Notes: a model not told the origin generated them from the letters alone. A stretch of DNA of 32,000 nucleotides from an uncultured Erysipelotrichaceae bacterium (GCA_942493105.1 OW818668.1:60001-92000), one strand, 5' to 3'; shown: positions 17,682-26,501, counted from the stretch's first letter. A program made the numbers and translations.

Positions 17682-17710
17682 TTGCTCTTTTAAAAATGGC
17701 ACTATATAAT
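17682..17710 (+). promoter_or_regulatory. Putative promoter of the 1150-aa gene
   Basis: TTGCTC (17682-17687), a 17-nt spacer, then TATAAT (17705-17710), 46 nt before the ATG. Confidence 0.45.
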
Positions 17711-17755
17711 CAGTTATAGTAGGAGTATTAAAGAAACGAGAGTGAAACAAAGATC

Positions 17756-20700
17756 ATGAACCCATCAAATTTATACTTTGGAAAAGCATCATTAAACGAC
17801 GAAAATGAAACCATTGCGTTAGAGACGGTGTCTATCAACAAAGAGCCATTTTTCAAGATTAAAAACTATAATCATATGAATCCTTTCTTTATGACGATCG
17901 TGAGTGATGTTGATCATTGGATGTTTATATCCAGTACCGGTGGATTAACTTGCGGACGCAAAAATGCAGACTCCGCATTATTTCCATATTACACAGATGA
18001 TAAGATTCATGACAGTTTTGAAACCACAGGTTCACACACCATCCTCATCGTCTCAAAAGACGACCAAAAATTCCTATGGAAACCGTTTTCTCCCCATAAT
18101 AGTAATGTATATAAGATAACACGGAACCTATACAAAAATACGATCGGCAATAAAATCATGTTTGAAGAAATCAACCATGATCTAGGGCTCGCCTTCTCCT
18201 ATACATGGAAGAACAGCGATAAATTTGGCTTCATAAAAGAATCAAAAGTCGTGAACTTAGGAAAAAAAGAAATACAAGTTAAAGTCTTAGATGGGATTCG
18301 TAACATTCTTCCCTATGGAGTCAACACACAGTTACAGACGTCCCTTAGTACCCTTCTTGATGGGTATAAACGTTGTGAGTTGGTAGAAGGTGTTGGATTA
18401 GGCTTATTCACACTGAGCTCAATTCTGACTGATAAAGCAGAACCCAGTGAATCCTTAAAGACAACGACCGTTTGGTCTAAAGGACTTGATCATCCAAAGG
18501 TTCTTTTATCAGAACAGCAAATAGAAGCATTCTCTCTTGATCATGATGTTGAAACAGAACTTGACGTTAAAGGTAGACGAGGATCTTATTATGTCGTAGA
18601 TTCACTCAAACTTAAGGATAATGAATCAAAGGAATGGGTTGTTGTGGCTGAACTGAGTCGCAGTCATATTGATGTTGCGAAACTCATTAAAGCGTTGCGT
18701 GAAAATGCATCCATACTCGATGAACTGCATACTGATGTTGCTAAGGGTGATACCAATCTCAAAAAGCTCGTGTTTAATGCAGACGGTATCCAATGCACTG
18801 CTAACGAAAAAGTTAGTTATCGACATTTTTCAAATACGCTATATAACATCATGCGTGGTGGTGTATATGCTGATGGTTATAATATTGAAAGAGATGACTT
18901 TAAAGCATTTGTCCATGTTTGGAATAAAGATATTTATACTCAGCAGTTGGATTTTCTAAATAAACTCCCCACAAAAGTCAATTATAATGAATTGCTCTTG
19001 CAGGTTGAAAATTTAAACTGCAAAGACTTCGAGCGCCTCGTACTTGAATACTTACCTCTTACATTCAGCAGACGTCATGGTGATCCAAGTCGTCCATGGA
19101 ATCGATTCAGTATCGAAGTCTTCAAAGAAGACGGAAGTAAGAAGCTAAACTTTGAAGGAAATTGGCGTGATATTTTCCAAAACTGGGAAGCTTTGTCCAT
19201 GTCCTATCCGGCATTCACAGAAAGTATTATCGCTAAGTTTGTCAACGCATCAACAGCAGATGGTTATAACCCCTATCGTATTACGAAAAACGGTCTTGAT
19301 TGGGAGGCTCTAGACCCAGATGAACCATGGTCAAATATTGGCTATTGGGGAGATCATCAAATCATTTATCTGCTCAAACTTATGGAATTATCCAAAGCCT
19401 ATAATCCTAAGAAGTTGCATGATTATCTTGGTGAAGACATCTTTGTGTATGCCAATGTGCCTTATAAAATTAAAGGATTTGATGCATTGGTTGAAAATCC
19501 AAGAAATAGTATCGATTATGATTTTGAGCTTGAAAAAAACATTCATGCTAAAACTGCTACTCTTGGATCTGATGGAAAGCTGATCACTAAAAATAATCAA
19601 ATCTATAAAGTCAATTTGATGGAGAAACTTTTAGTAACATTGCTTGCTAAACTCTCTAATTATGTACCAGAAGGTGGAATCTGGATGAATACACAACGTC
19701 CAGAATGGAATGATGCAAATAATGCTTTAGTTGGTAATGGTTTATCTATGGTTACTTTGTATTATATACATCGTTATCAAACTTTTATGAATCAATTGGT
19801 TAATGAAATTGAAGGTGAACACTTTGATGTTTCAGTTGAAGTGTTTCAAATGTTTAAAGACACAACTGCAGTACTGAAAGATAGTCAACATTATCTTGGG
19901 ACAAAAATCTCTGATGATGTACGCTTTGAAATCATGGAAGCACTAGGCAGGATCGGTGAAAACTACCGTAATGCCATTTATGGTAATGGCTTTAGTGGCG
20001 AGAAATCAGGAATATCTGTTGTTGAATTAAAAGAATTCATTGAAGTGACCCTGAAACATTTAAAGGATTCCATCAAAAAGAACAGACGCGAAGATGGTCT
20101 CTATCATTCATACAATCTCATACGATTTGAAAAAGGTGCTTGCAGTATTTCCCATCTTTACGAAATGTTAGAAGGTCAGGTGTCTGTGTTAAGCTCAAAA
20201 GCTTTAGATGCTAAAGAAAGCTTATCTGTTCTAAAAGCACTCAGACATAGTCCTATTTATAGAGAAGATCAAGATAGTTATATGCTATATCCGAATCGTG
20301 AACTACCAAAATTCTTAGAGAAGAATATTGTACCTGAAGCATTGGTGATGTCTTCTGTTGTGTTAAAAGAGGAACTTAAGCATAATCGTCCACGATTTAT
20401 CGAAAAAGATGTGAATGGTAACTATCATTTCAACGGTAGATTCAGAAATGGTTATGATATTGAAGCTGCGCTTAAGGCGACAAAAGAATATAAAGATGAA
20501 GACATTAAACAGGTCAAGGAGATTTTTTCTGACTTATTTAATCACCACGCTTTCACTGGTCGATCCGGAACATTCTATAAGTATGAAGGATTAGGATCTA
20601 TCTATTGGCATATGGTGTCTAAGTTGGTTTTAGCAACACAAGAAAACTTTGACGATTCCTATACTCAAAAAGGAATGAATGAAGACTCTATAGCCCTGCT

Positions 20701-21208
20701 TAATGGTTTTAGGGCATCTAAAGCTGGACTAGGGGTTGAGAAGTCGCCAGAGTTATATGGTGCATTCCCAACCGATGCTTATTCGCATACTCCTTCCTTT
20801 GCTGGTGTTCAGCAACCAGGATTGACTGGCCAAGTCAAAGAAGACTTTATTACACGTTTTGGAGAATTAGGTGTAAAAGTCAAAAATGGTCTGGTTCATT
20901 TTGATCCAGTATTATTAGAAAAATCTGAATTCCTAAATGAAAAACAAGTATGGTCTTTACCAAGATCTAATCATGAATCAGAAACTGAAACGATTTGGTT
21001 AGAAAAGCATTCATTAGGATTTACATTCTGTACAGTACCCATCATCTATACTTTGTCAGACCATAAGAAAATCGTTGTTACTACCGTTGATGGAAGTAAG
21101 AGAAGTTTTGCAGATGCTTTAGATTTTGAAACAAGTCAAAGCTTGTTTAATCGAGATGGTAAAATCGCTAGAATTGAAGTATCTGTTGAAGGCAACAAAT
21201 TAAAATAA
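17756..21208 (+). CDS. Large cytoplasmic protein of unknown function; candidate (alpha/alpha)6-barrel glycoside phosphorylase of the GH94 clan (GH149/GH161-like size)
   Basis: An uninterrupted 1150-codon ORF with its own promoter and terminator. It has no signal peptide or TM segment. Its motifs NWRDIFQNW, GYWGDHQIIYL, RPEWNDANNAL and EGLGSIYWHM recall GH94 active-site motifs. Confidence that it is a real gene is high; the functional call is tentative. Confidence 0.8.
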   Translation: MNPSNLYFGKASLNDENETIALETVSINKEPFFKIKNYNHMNPFFMTIVSDVDHWMFISSTGGLTCGRKNADSALFPYYTDDKIHDSFETTGSHTILIVSKDDQKFLWKPFSPHNSNVYKITRNLYKNTIGNKIMFEEINHDLGLAFSYTWKNSDKFGFIKESKVVNLGKKEIQVKVLDGIRNILPYGVNTQLQTSLSTLLDGYKRCELVEGVGLGLFTLSSILTDKAEPSESLKTTTVWSKGLDHPKVLLSEQQIEAFSLDHDVETELDVKGRRGSYYVVDSLKLKDNESKEWVVVAELSRSHIDVAKLIKALRENASILDELHTDVAKGDTNLKKLVFNADGIQCTANEKVSYRHFSNTLYNIMRGGVYADGYNIERDDFKAFVHVWNKDIYTQQLDFLNKLPTKVNYNELLLQVENLNCKDFERLVLEYLPLTFSRRHGDPSRPWNRFSIEVFKEDGSKKLNFEGNWRDIFQNWEALSMSYPAFTESIIAKFVNASTADGYNPYRITKNGLDWEALDPDEPWSNIGYWGDHQIIYLLKLMELSKAYNPKKLHDYLGEDIFVYANVPYKIKGFDALVENPRNSIDYDFELEKNIHAKTATLGSDGKLITKNNQIYKVNLMEKLLVTLLAKLSNYVPEGGIWMNTQRPEWNDANNALVGNGLSMVTLYYIHRYQTFMNQLVNEIEGEHFDVSVEVFQMFKDTTAVLKDSQHYLGTKISDDVRFEIMEALGRIGENYRNAIYGNGFSGEKSGISVVELKEFIEVTLKHLKDSIKKNRREDGLYHSYNLIRFEKGACSISHLYEMLEGQVSVLSSKALDAKESLSVLKALRHSPIYREDQDSYMLYPNRELPKFLEKNIVPEALVMSSVVLKEELKHNRPRFIEKDVNGNYHFNGRFRNGYDIEAALKATKEYKDEDIKQVKEIFSDLFNHHAFTGRSGTFYKYEGLGSIYWHMVSKLVLATQENFDDSYTQKGMNEDSIALLNGFRASKAGLGVEKSPELYGAFPTDAYSHTPSFAGVQQPGLTGQVKEDFITRFGELGVKVKNGLVHFDPVLLEKSEFLNEKQVWSLPRSNHESETETIWLEKHSLGFTFCTVPIIYTLSDHKKIVVTTVDGSKRSFADALDFETSQSLFNRDGKIARIEVSVEGNKLK

Positions 21209-21236
21209 GAACATACATCATCAATTAATCAAACAT

Positions 21237-21262
21237 AAAGCAATCCATTATTGGATTGCTTT
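21237..21262. terminator. Bidirectional terminator hairpin (copy 1 of a repeated palindrome)
   Basis: AAAGCAATCCA-ttat-TGGATTGCTTT, between the convergent 1150-aa gene and the lipoprotein gene. Confidence 0.8.
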
Positions 21263-21312
21263 ATTGTAAAATCGGTTTACTTACTGTCTAAGATCTGGGT
21301 CAGTGTCACTGT

Positions 21313-22821
21313 TTAAGGAGCTAAAGTCAACAAATATTCGCGGGCATCGTTTACCCCAACGATGGGTCCTATCCACCATGTGACTGTTTCTGTTTCTGCA
21401 TCATAAATACTGATTAAAGCATCCCAATTAAGATATAGGACTGAATATTCTAGCCCATTATTATCAACCAACACATAAGCGAGAGCGACTCCCATCGGTG
21501 GAATATCAAAGGCTTGTCTCCAACCGTAAGGATTAATGAAATCTTTGATCGTTTTAGATTGGCTTTCTGTTAAGGTAACTGTGATATCTGGAACGGTCAT
21601 ATCCATAACTTCACCTTCATAAAATGAAGCGCTGACATAAGTGGCATCGGTGATCACAAGCGTTGGTGCCATGGGTATAAAATAAGAGTTCATCGTATCA
21701 TTGATGGTTTCGAAATGATCGGTATTGACTTCATATCGTTCAATCCGTTTTGGCGATTCATGATAATCAATGGTTACCACATACCCTGTATTCGTATATG
21801 AAAAGTAAAAAGTATGACCAGACTCATTAAAGAGCGCAAATTCTGCATCTAGATAATCTTCGGTTTCAGTCGTTTTTACCCATTGTGCAATATTCAACAT
21901 CGTTTTCAAATTCATGTTTTGTTCAGCAGACAAGGAAAACAAATAGGCTGGTAAAAATATATCTGTTTCATAGATAAATTGAGTCGGTCCAATATAGGCC
22001 TGTGTAAAGATGGTATCTTTCAAATCATCAACAGGTTCAATCAAATCTGCGATTTGATCTAAACGCGATAATATTGAATCACTGATGCTTAAAGGCAACA
22101 CATAAGAGGCGATGATACGAGTATCTATTGAGCAAAGAGAGACATAGGCAATATCCTCTTTGGTTTGAAATACCAATAGATTTATAGTGCCATTAACCAC
22201 TGTAAACAAAGTAAATTTCGAGTTTATTTCAGGATCCATTGAAGGCAAAGATTGAGTATATGTCCACTTATCAAATTGAAGCATTGACTTAAGTTCTGTA
22301 CTTTGGGCTGAGTCTAGATCGAATCGAGTAAAATTAGTTATAGAACCAAGTGGACCAATAAATGCCTGATTAAAACTGGAAGATTGCTTAAGATTATTTA
22401 AGACAAGCCTTGAAAAATCTAAGGATTCTATCAGTAAACTGATCGGTGAGATCATGGCCGATGTACTAGAATAATAATGATCAGGCTTTCCATCACCTTT
22501 AGTATCCACACTGATCAAGGTAAGTTGATCTTTAAATGAAAACGAATAAACGGCTCCTGAAGAACCGATCAGATAAAAGAGCACAGTTTGTTGACTAGAT
22601 CCTTGTGACTCTTTTTTCCACTGGTTCATGTTCAATTTTTCTAAGATAAAAGTTTGATGTTCTTGACTTAATGGAATGCGATCCGTTTCCAATTTATAAT
22701 CACCAGTTGAGCCAACGGCAGATTCAAACATCGTATCCAACGTAAATGAATTTGGTTTTGTACAGGCACTTATGGAAAATACGAAACAGAGTACCAAACA
22801 CCAATAAATTTTATTTCTCAT
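21313..22821 (-). CDS. Lipoprotein with four tandem ~120-aa repeats, function unknown
   Basis: Signal peptide plus lipobox (FSISAC, Cys20). A motif recurs four times: L-[STD]-x-x-[QH]-x-x-x-[LI]-[KE]-x-x-[LI]-N/Q-x-x-x-W, with the Trp at residues 68, 186, 314 and 434. The RBS is GGGAG. Confidence 0.85.
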   Translation of the reverse strand: MRNKIYWCLVLCFVFSISACTKPNSFTLDTMFESAVGSTGDYKLETDRIPLSQEHQTFILEKLNMNQWKKESQGSSQQTVLFYLIGSSGAVYSFSFKDQLTLISVDTKGDGKPDHYYSSTSAMISPISLLIESLDFSRLVLNNLKQSSSFNQAFIGPLGSITNFTRFDLDSAQSTELKSMLQFDKWTYTQSLPSMDPEINSKFTLFTVVNGTINLLVFQTKEDIAYVSLCSIDTRIIASYVLPLSISDSILSRLDQIADLIEPVDDLKDTIFTQAYIGPTQFIYETDIFLPAYLFSLSAEQNMNLKTMLNIAQWVKTTETEDYLDAEFALFNESGHTFYFSYTNTGYVVTIDYHESPKRIERYEVNTDHFETINDTMNSYFIPMAPTLVITDATYVSASFYEGEVMDMTVPDITVTLTESQSKTIKDFINPYGWRQAFDIPPMGVALAYVLVDNNGLEYSVLYLNWDALISIYDAETETVTWWIGPIVGVNDAREYLLTLAP

Positions 22822-22912
22822 AGGTTTTCTCCCGATAATTCATCGTTATTTATAGTATACCACCAGAATTCTTGTTTTCTAAAACCAAAACTTAGTGATA
22901 AAATTCTAAGAA

Positions 22913-22937
22913 AAAGCAATCCAAATTGGATTGCTTT
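22913..22937. terminator. Terminator hairpin after nagA (copy 2 of the repeated palindrome)
   Basis: AAAGCAATCCA-aat-TGGATTGCTTT. Its 11-nt arms are identical to those of the hairpin at 21237-21262. Confidence 0.8.
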
Positions 22938-22943
22938 AAATGT

Positions 22944-24068
22944 TTAGCAGGATTTGATGCCTTTACAGTACGTCTGTAATACATCGAATTCAGGATTAAG
23001 AATCGTAATATCCGCATCTTTACCGATATCCAATGTCCCTTTTCGATCATCAACATTCAGATAAGTCGCAGGGTTGATGGTGGCTGCTTGGATGGCAGTT
23101 TTCAAAGGTAAGCGGGCATTCTTATACATATTGAATACGCCTGTATTGACATACAGTGTCGAGCCTGAAAGATTACCGTGTTCATCACGAATTCCACCGT
23201 CTGTGGTTTTTTTGCGTGTATAACCACCAAGATTTCCTTCAAAATCTTTGTAGCAACTTGAGTCTGTCACCAACATCAGTTTATCTTCGCCCTTCATACG
23301 ACCAATGATATTGACTGTTTCGAAATGCAAATGTAAACCATCTACGATGACTTCCGCAAACAAGTCATCAATGTTCATGGCTGCCCCAAATACACCAGGC
23401 TCTCTATGATGAAATGGACGCATCGCATTACCGGTATGAGTGACACCACGAAGTCCATGATCGACTGCATCACGAGTCTGTTTATAAGTTGCCCCAGTAT
23501 GAGCTACAGATACACGAACACCTTGCTTTGTGGCATATTCAAGAAATTTGAATTGATCATCATATTCTATGGCCAACGCAACGCTCTTGATACGATTGTT
23601 TGAGGCATCGATGTATTTCTGGAGAACTTCAGGATCAGGTTTGACGATGCTGTATTTATCTTGAGCTCCATTATATTGATGGGAAATGAAGTTTCCTTCA
23701 ACGTTGATTCCAAGTATTTCTGCACCTTCATGATCTTTATCCATCGATTCGGATATGATGCGTAAAGCGGCTAAATTATCGACTTCTTTTTGGGTAGACG
23801 TAGTGGCAAGAAATGAGGTGACCCCTTCTAGAGGCATATGTTTCTTCCAGAAGTTCATGGATTCTAAAGTCGGAAAATTAGCCCATGCCCCTCCATAACC
23901 GTGAGTATGAATATCTATAAAACCTGGGAATATATAATTGTCTCCATAATCTTCGTCTACTTTCTTAGTGTTATAGTCATACAAATTCGTGATCTTCCCA
24001 TCGATGAGCTCAACTTGTTTGGGAACCAGTGTTGCGTTAATCCATACTTGTGTGCTTTGAATAATCAT
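22944..24068 (-). CDS. nagA: N-acetylglucosamine-6-phosphate deacetylase
   Basis: PGFIDIHTHGYGG, EGVTSFLATT, VEGNFIS, THTGNAMRPFHHREPGV and GKDADI appear collinear with B. subtilis NagA as I recall it. Confidence 0.92.
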   Translation of the reverse strand: MIIQSTQVWINATLVPKQVELIDGKITNLYDYNTKKVDEDYGDNYIFPGFIDIHTHGYGGAWANFPTLESMNFWKKHMPLEGVTSFLATTSTQKEVDNLAALRIISESMDKDHEGAEILGINVEGNFISHQYNGAQDKYSIVKPDPEVLQKYIDASNNRIKSVALAIEYDDQFKFLEYATKQGVRVSVAHTGATYKQTRDAVDHGLRGVTHTGNAMRPFHHREPGVFGAAMNIDDLFAEVIVDGLHLHFETVNIIGRMKGEDKLMLVTDSSCYKDFEGNLGGYTRKKTTDGGIRDEHGNLSGSTLYVNTGVFNMYKNARLPLKTAIQAATINPATYLNVDDRKGTLDIGKDADITILNPEFDVLQTYCKGIKSC

Positions 24069-24104
24069 TTGTTCTCCTTGTGTGTCAAAATCAAAATGAT
24101 GGCG

Positions 24105-24150
24105 TTATAATCTTGTCTTAGATTATAAACACCTTGTATTGTTTTTACAA
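24105..24150 (-). promoter_or_regulatory. nagA promoter with an overlapping 9-bp inverted repeat (candidate operator)
   Basis: The minus strand has TTGTAA (24150-24145), a 17-nt spacer, then TATAAT (24127-24122). The inverted repeat TTATAATCT-N6-AGATTATAA (24105-24128) covers the -10 and the start region. Confidence 0.45.
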
Positions 24151-24335
24151 ACATATCATACAGGAGTTTATCTCTTCCAACAATTCAATCGCTCATGAAT
24201 TTTGAAGTTTTTTCGCAAGTTATAAAAAACATAAATCTATTCTTATTCTTTTCCATAAGTTTCCTCAGTTGATTCTTACTCAACAAATCTTAACTAAATT
24301 TAATCGATGTACATCATTAAGGGGCATATTTTAGG

Positions 24336-25229
24336 ATGATGTTCTGTTATAATATTCTAGTGAAAACCAACAAATCAGGACCCTTATTTATTCTGTTGGC
24401 TGCGCTCTTTTGGAGCCTCGGCGGTGTTTTAAGTAAACTTATTCCTTGGTCAGGCATTTCGATTGCGGCTGTTCGCAGTATCGTCGCAGCACTGACCATT
24501 GGCATCTATAGAAAGTCTTTTAAATTTAAGGCTACCCCATCGACGATTGCAGCTTCAATCTGTATTTTGATCACGACTGTTTTGTTTATGATGGCCAATA
24601 AAATGACCACTGCTGCCAATGCAATCGTCCTTCAATACACCTCACCCTTATTTATCATCATCTTATCTTTGATCGTCTTTAAACAAAGACCTAAGAAACG
24701 CGATATATTTGCGTTGATTGGGGTTGGATTTGGGATCGGTCTTTTCTTTTTTGAACAATTCAGAAGTGGAAATTATTTGGGAGATTTGCTTGCCTTAGGC
24801 TCAGGATTGACGTTTGCGGGGGTTTTCTTTTCGAATAAGCTAAAAGGTGCTTCACCTATAGATGCGACCTTTATGGGCAATCTATTGGGTATTGTATTCT
24901 TGCCTTATTTGGCTTTTGATACTTTGTTTCTTTCAAATCAAGGGGCACTGCCTTGGATCACCATCATCATCATGGGTGTCTTTCAACAAGCCTTCGGATA
25001 TATCTTTTTTTCAAAAGGCATCAAACATACTTCTGCTACAACAGCCAGTATCATCGCAACCTTAGAACCGATACTTAATCCAATCTGGGTCTTTCTCGTC
25101 ATTGGTGAACTTCCCAAGCCTTTAGCTTTAGTCGGTGGTGGAATCGTTTTATTAACTGTCCTCATCTACAATACGATAGTCACCAAAGAGAATTTCAAGT
25201 CCGTTAAAATCACTCAAACACAAACATAA
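24336..25229 (+). CDS. EamA/DMT-family transporter
   Basis: 10 predicted TM segments and two EamA repeats (LLAALFWSLGGV...; ...ATLEPILNPIWVFLVIGE). The start could be 24336 or 24339. Confidence 0.85.
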   Translation: MMFCYNILVKTNKSGPLFILLAALFWSLGGVLSKLIPWSGISIAAVRSIVAALTIGIYRKSFKFKATPSTIAASICILITTVLFMMANKMTTAANAIVLQYTSPLFIIILSLIVFKQRPKKRDIFALIGVGFGIGLFFFEQFRSGNYLGDLLALGSGLTFAGVFFSNKLKGASPIDATFMGNLLGIVFLPYLAFDTLFLSNQGALPWITIIIMGVFQQAFGYIFFSKGIKHTSATTASIIATLEPILNPIWVFLVIGELPKPLALVGGGIVLLTVLIYNTIVTKENFKSVKITQTQT

Positions 25230-25254
25230 AAAAAGAGCCGCAAGGCTCTTTAGT
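25229..25254. terminator. Bidirectional terminator
   Basis: AAAGAGCC-gcaa-GGCTCTTT. A long T-run follows on the minus strand, so it is the strong terminator for the amidohydrolase operon. The T-run on the plus strand is weaker. Confidence 0.85.
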
Positions 25255-26478
25255 TTAATAATTAATGGTTAATTCTCTTTTCAATTCAACGGTGACTAAA
25301 CCATCTTTGACAACCAACAATCGTGCAGGAATATCGATGACCGCATCTTGGTATCGCTTTGTATCTAGTAATACAACCGAAGCTTTAGCACCTTCATACA
25401 TTCCATAGTCTTTTAGCTTCAAGGCTTTGGCAGGATTTGTGGTAATCATGGATAAGACTGTCGGTAAATCATCTGCGCCACCTAAGTGAGCTACTGGAAT
25501 GGCTAACATCGCAACTTGCATCAAGTCACCGTTTCCATATGGAGTAAACGGATTACGGATGTTGTTGGAAGCTAGACTTACATTGACTCCGGCATCTCTT
25601 AGCTTTCTGATTGGTGTTACACCACGACGAACATTATATTCATCATTTCTGCCACCTAAATGCAGATCGGTCATCGGTAAAGCCATAACGTTGATTTGCG
25701 CTTTAGCCATCAATTCGATGATGGGTTTAAGCTGTGCATCCGGCATGGATGCGATCGACGTCATGTGGCCTACCGAAACACGGCCTTGATAGCCTTCTTT
25801 AATGGTCTTCTCACACAAATAAACAATGCTTTGACCCGTATAATCATCTTTGAAGTCTTGATGAAGGTCGATGTCTTTGTTGTACTTTTTAGCCAACTCG
25901 AAGATCAAGTCGATGTGTTTATTAGCGTCCGTATCATTGTAGGGAATACCACCTACCACATCAGCTCCAAGATCCAGAGCACGATACATCATCTCTTCAG
26001 TACCCGGCGTTTTGTGTATTCCCTCCTGAGGGAAACATACAACTTGGATATCAATAAAATGCTTATACTTTTCTTTAAGTGCCATAATGGTCTCAAAGCC
26101 ATGGAAACCCCCGCTAGGATCAAATTCAGAATGGGTACGTAAGTAAGTTGTCCCATTACGAATCAGCATCTCAAGGGCTGTACTGGCCCTATTCATGACA
26201 TCTTCTTTAGTAAATGTAGGTTTTAATACCCCAGTGACTTGAATGGCTTCTTTAAGTGTACCTGAGCGATTAGGCATCCGATCTGCGATCAAAGCTTTAT
26301 CAAGATGCAAATGTGATTCAACCAAACCCGGAATCAAGACACGGCCTTCAGCATCAATGATGCGATCTGCTGGATCTGTGATATGTGGGGCAATCTTCAC
26401 AATCTTAGCTTGATCAATGGCAACATCAACAAGTGTATTGCTTTCATCGATCACGACATTTTTAAGAATCAAATTCAT
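25255..26478 (-). CDS. Amidohydrolase-superfamily protein of the bacterial cytosine-deaminase (CodA/AtzC) subgroup, non-canonical active site
   Basis: It appears collinear with E. coli CodA as recalled from memory: VESHLHLD, SGTL.E.I, RTH, FPQEGI, LGADVVGGIP, IDLHQD, GHMTS, RRGVTPI, GDLMQV. Two differences stand out. It has HQDF where CodA has HCDE, and SNN where CodA has HDD. Confidence 0.85.
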   Translation of the reverse strand: MNLILKNVVIDESNTLVDVAIDQAKIVKIAPHITDPADRIIDAEGRVLIPGLVESHLHLDKALIADRMPNRSGTLKEAIQVTGVLKPTFTKEDVMNRASTALEMLIRNGTTYLRTHSEFDPSGGFHGFETIMALKEKYKHFIDIQVVCFPQEGIHKTPGTEEMMYRALDLGADVVGGIPYNDTDANKHIDLIFELAKKYNKDIDLHQDFKDDYTGQSIVYLCEKTIKEGYQGRVSVGHMTSIASMPDAQLKPIIELMAKAQINVMALPMTDLHLGGRNDEYNVRRGVTPIRKLRDAGVNVSLASNNIRNPFTPYGNGDLMQVAMLAIPVAHLGGADDLPTVLSMITTNPAKALKLKDYGMYEGAKASVVLLDTKRYQDAVIDIPARLLVVKDGLVTVELKRELTINY

Positions 26479-26501
26479 AACAGTCCTCCTTAGGATAAGT
26501 A

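Noticed and set aside
17471-17719. An 82-aa ORF in the tRNA-Trp / 1150-aa-gene intergenic region.
   Set aside because: It starts at a GTG inside the tRNA terminator stem and has no RBS. Its composition is low-complexity, and it runs across the predicted promoter and cre-like box. It is most likely non-coding.
21301-21311. The palindrome CAGTG-T-CACTG just downstream of the lipoprotein stop codon.
   Set aside because: It is too short, and its 1-nt loop cannot form a hairpin. It is likely chance or a restriction-site-like palindrome of no demonstrable function.
24200-24280. A 25-codon ORF (MNFEVFSQVIKNINLFLFFSISFLS) in the nagA/eamA divergent region.
   Set aside because: It has no RBS and lies in AT-rich promoter DNA, so it is probably fortuitous.
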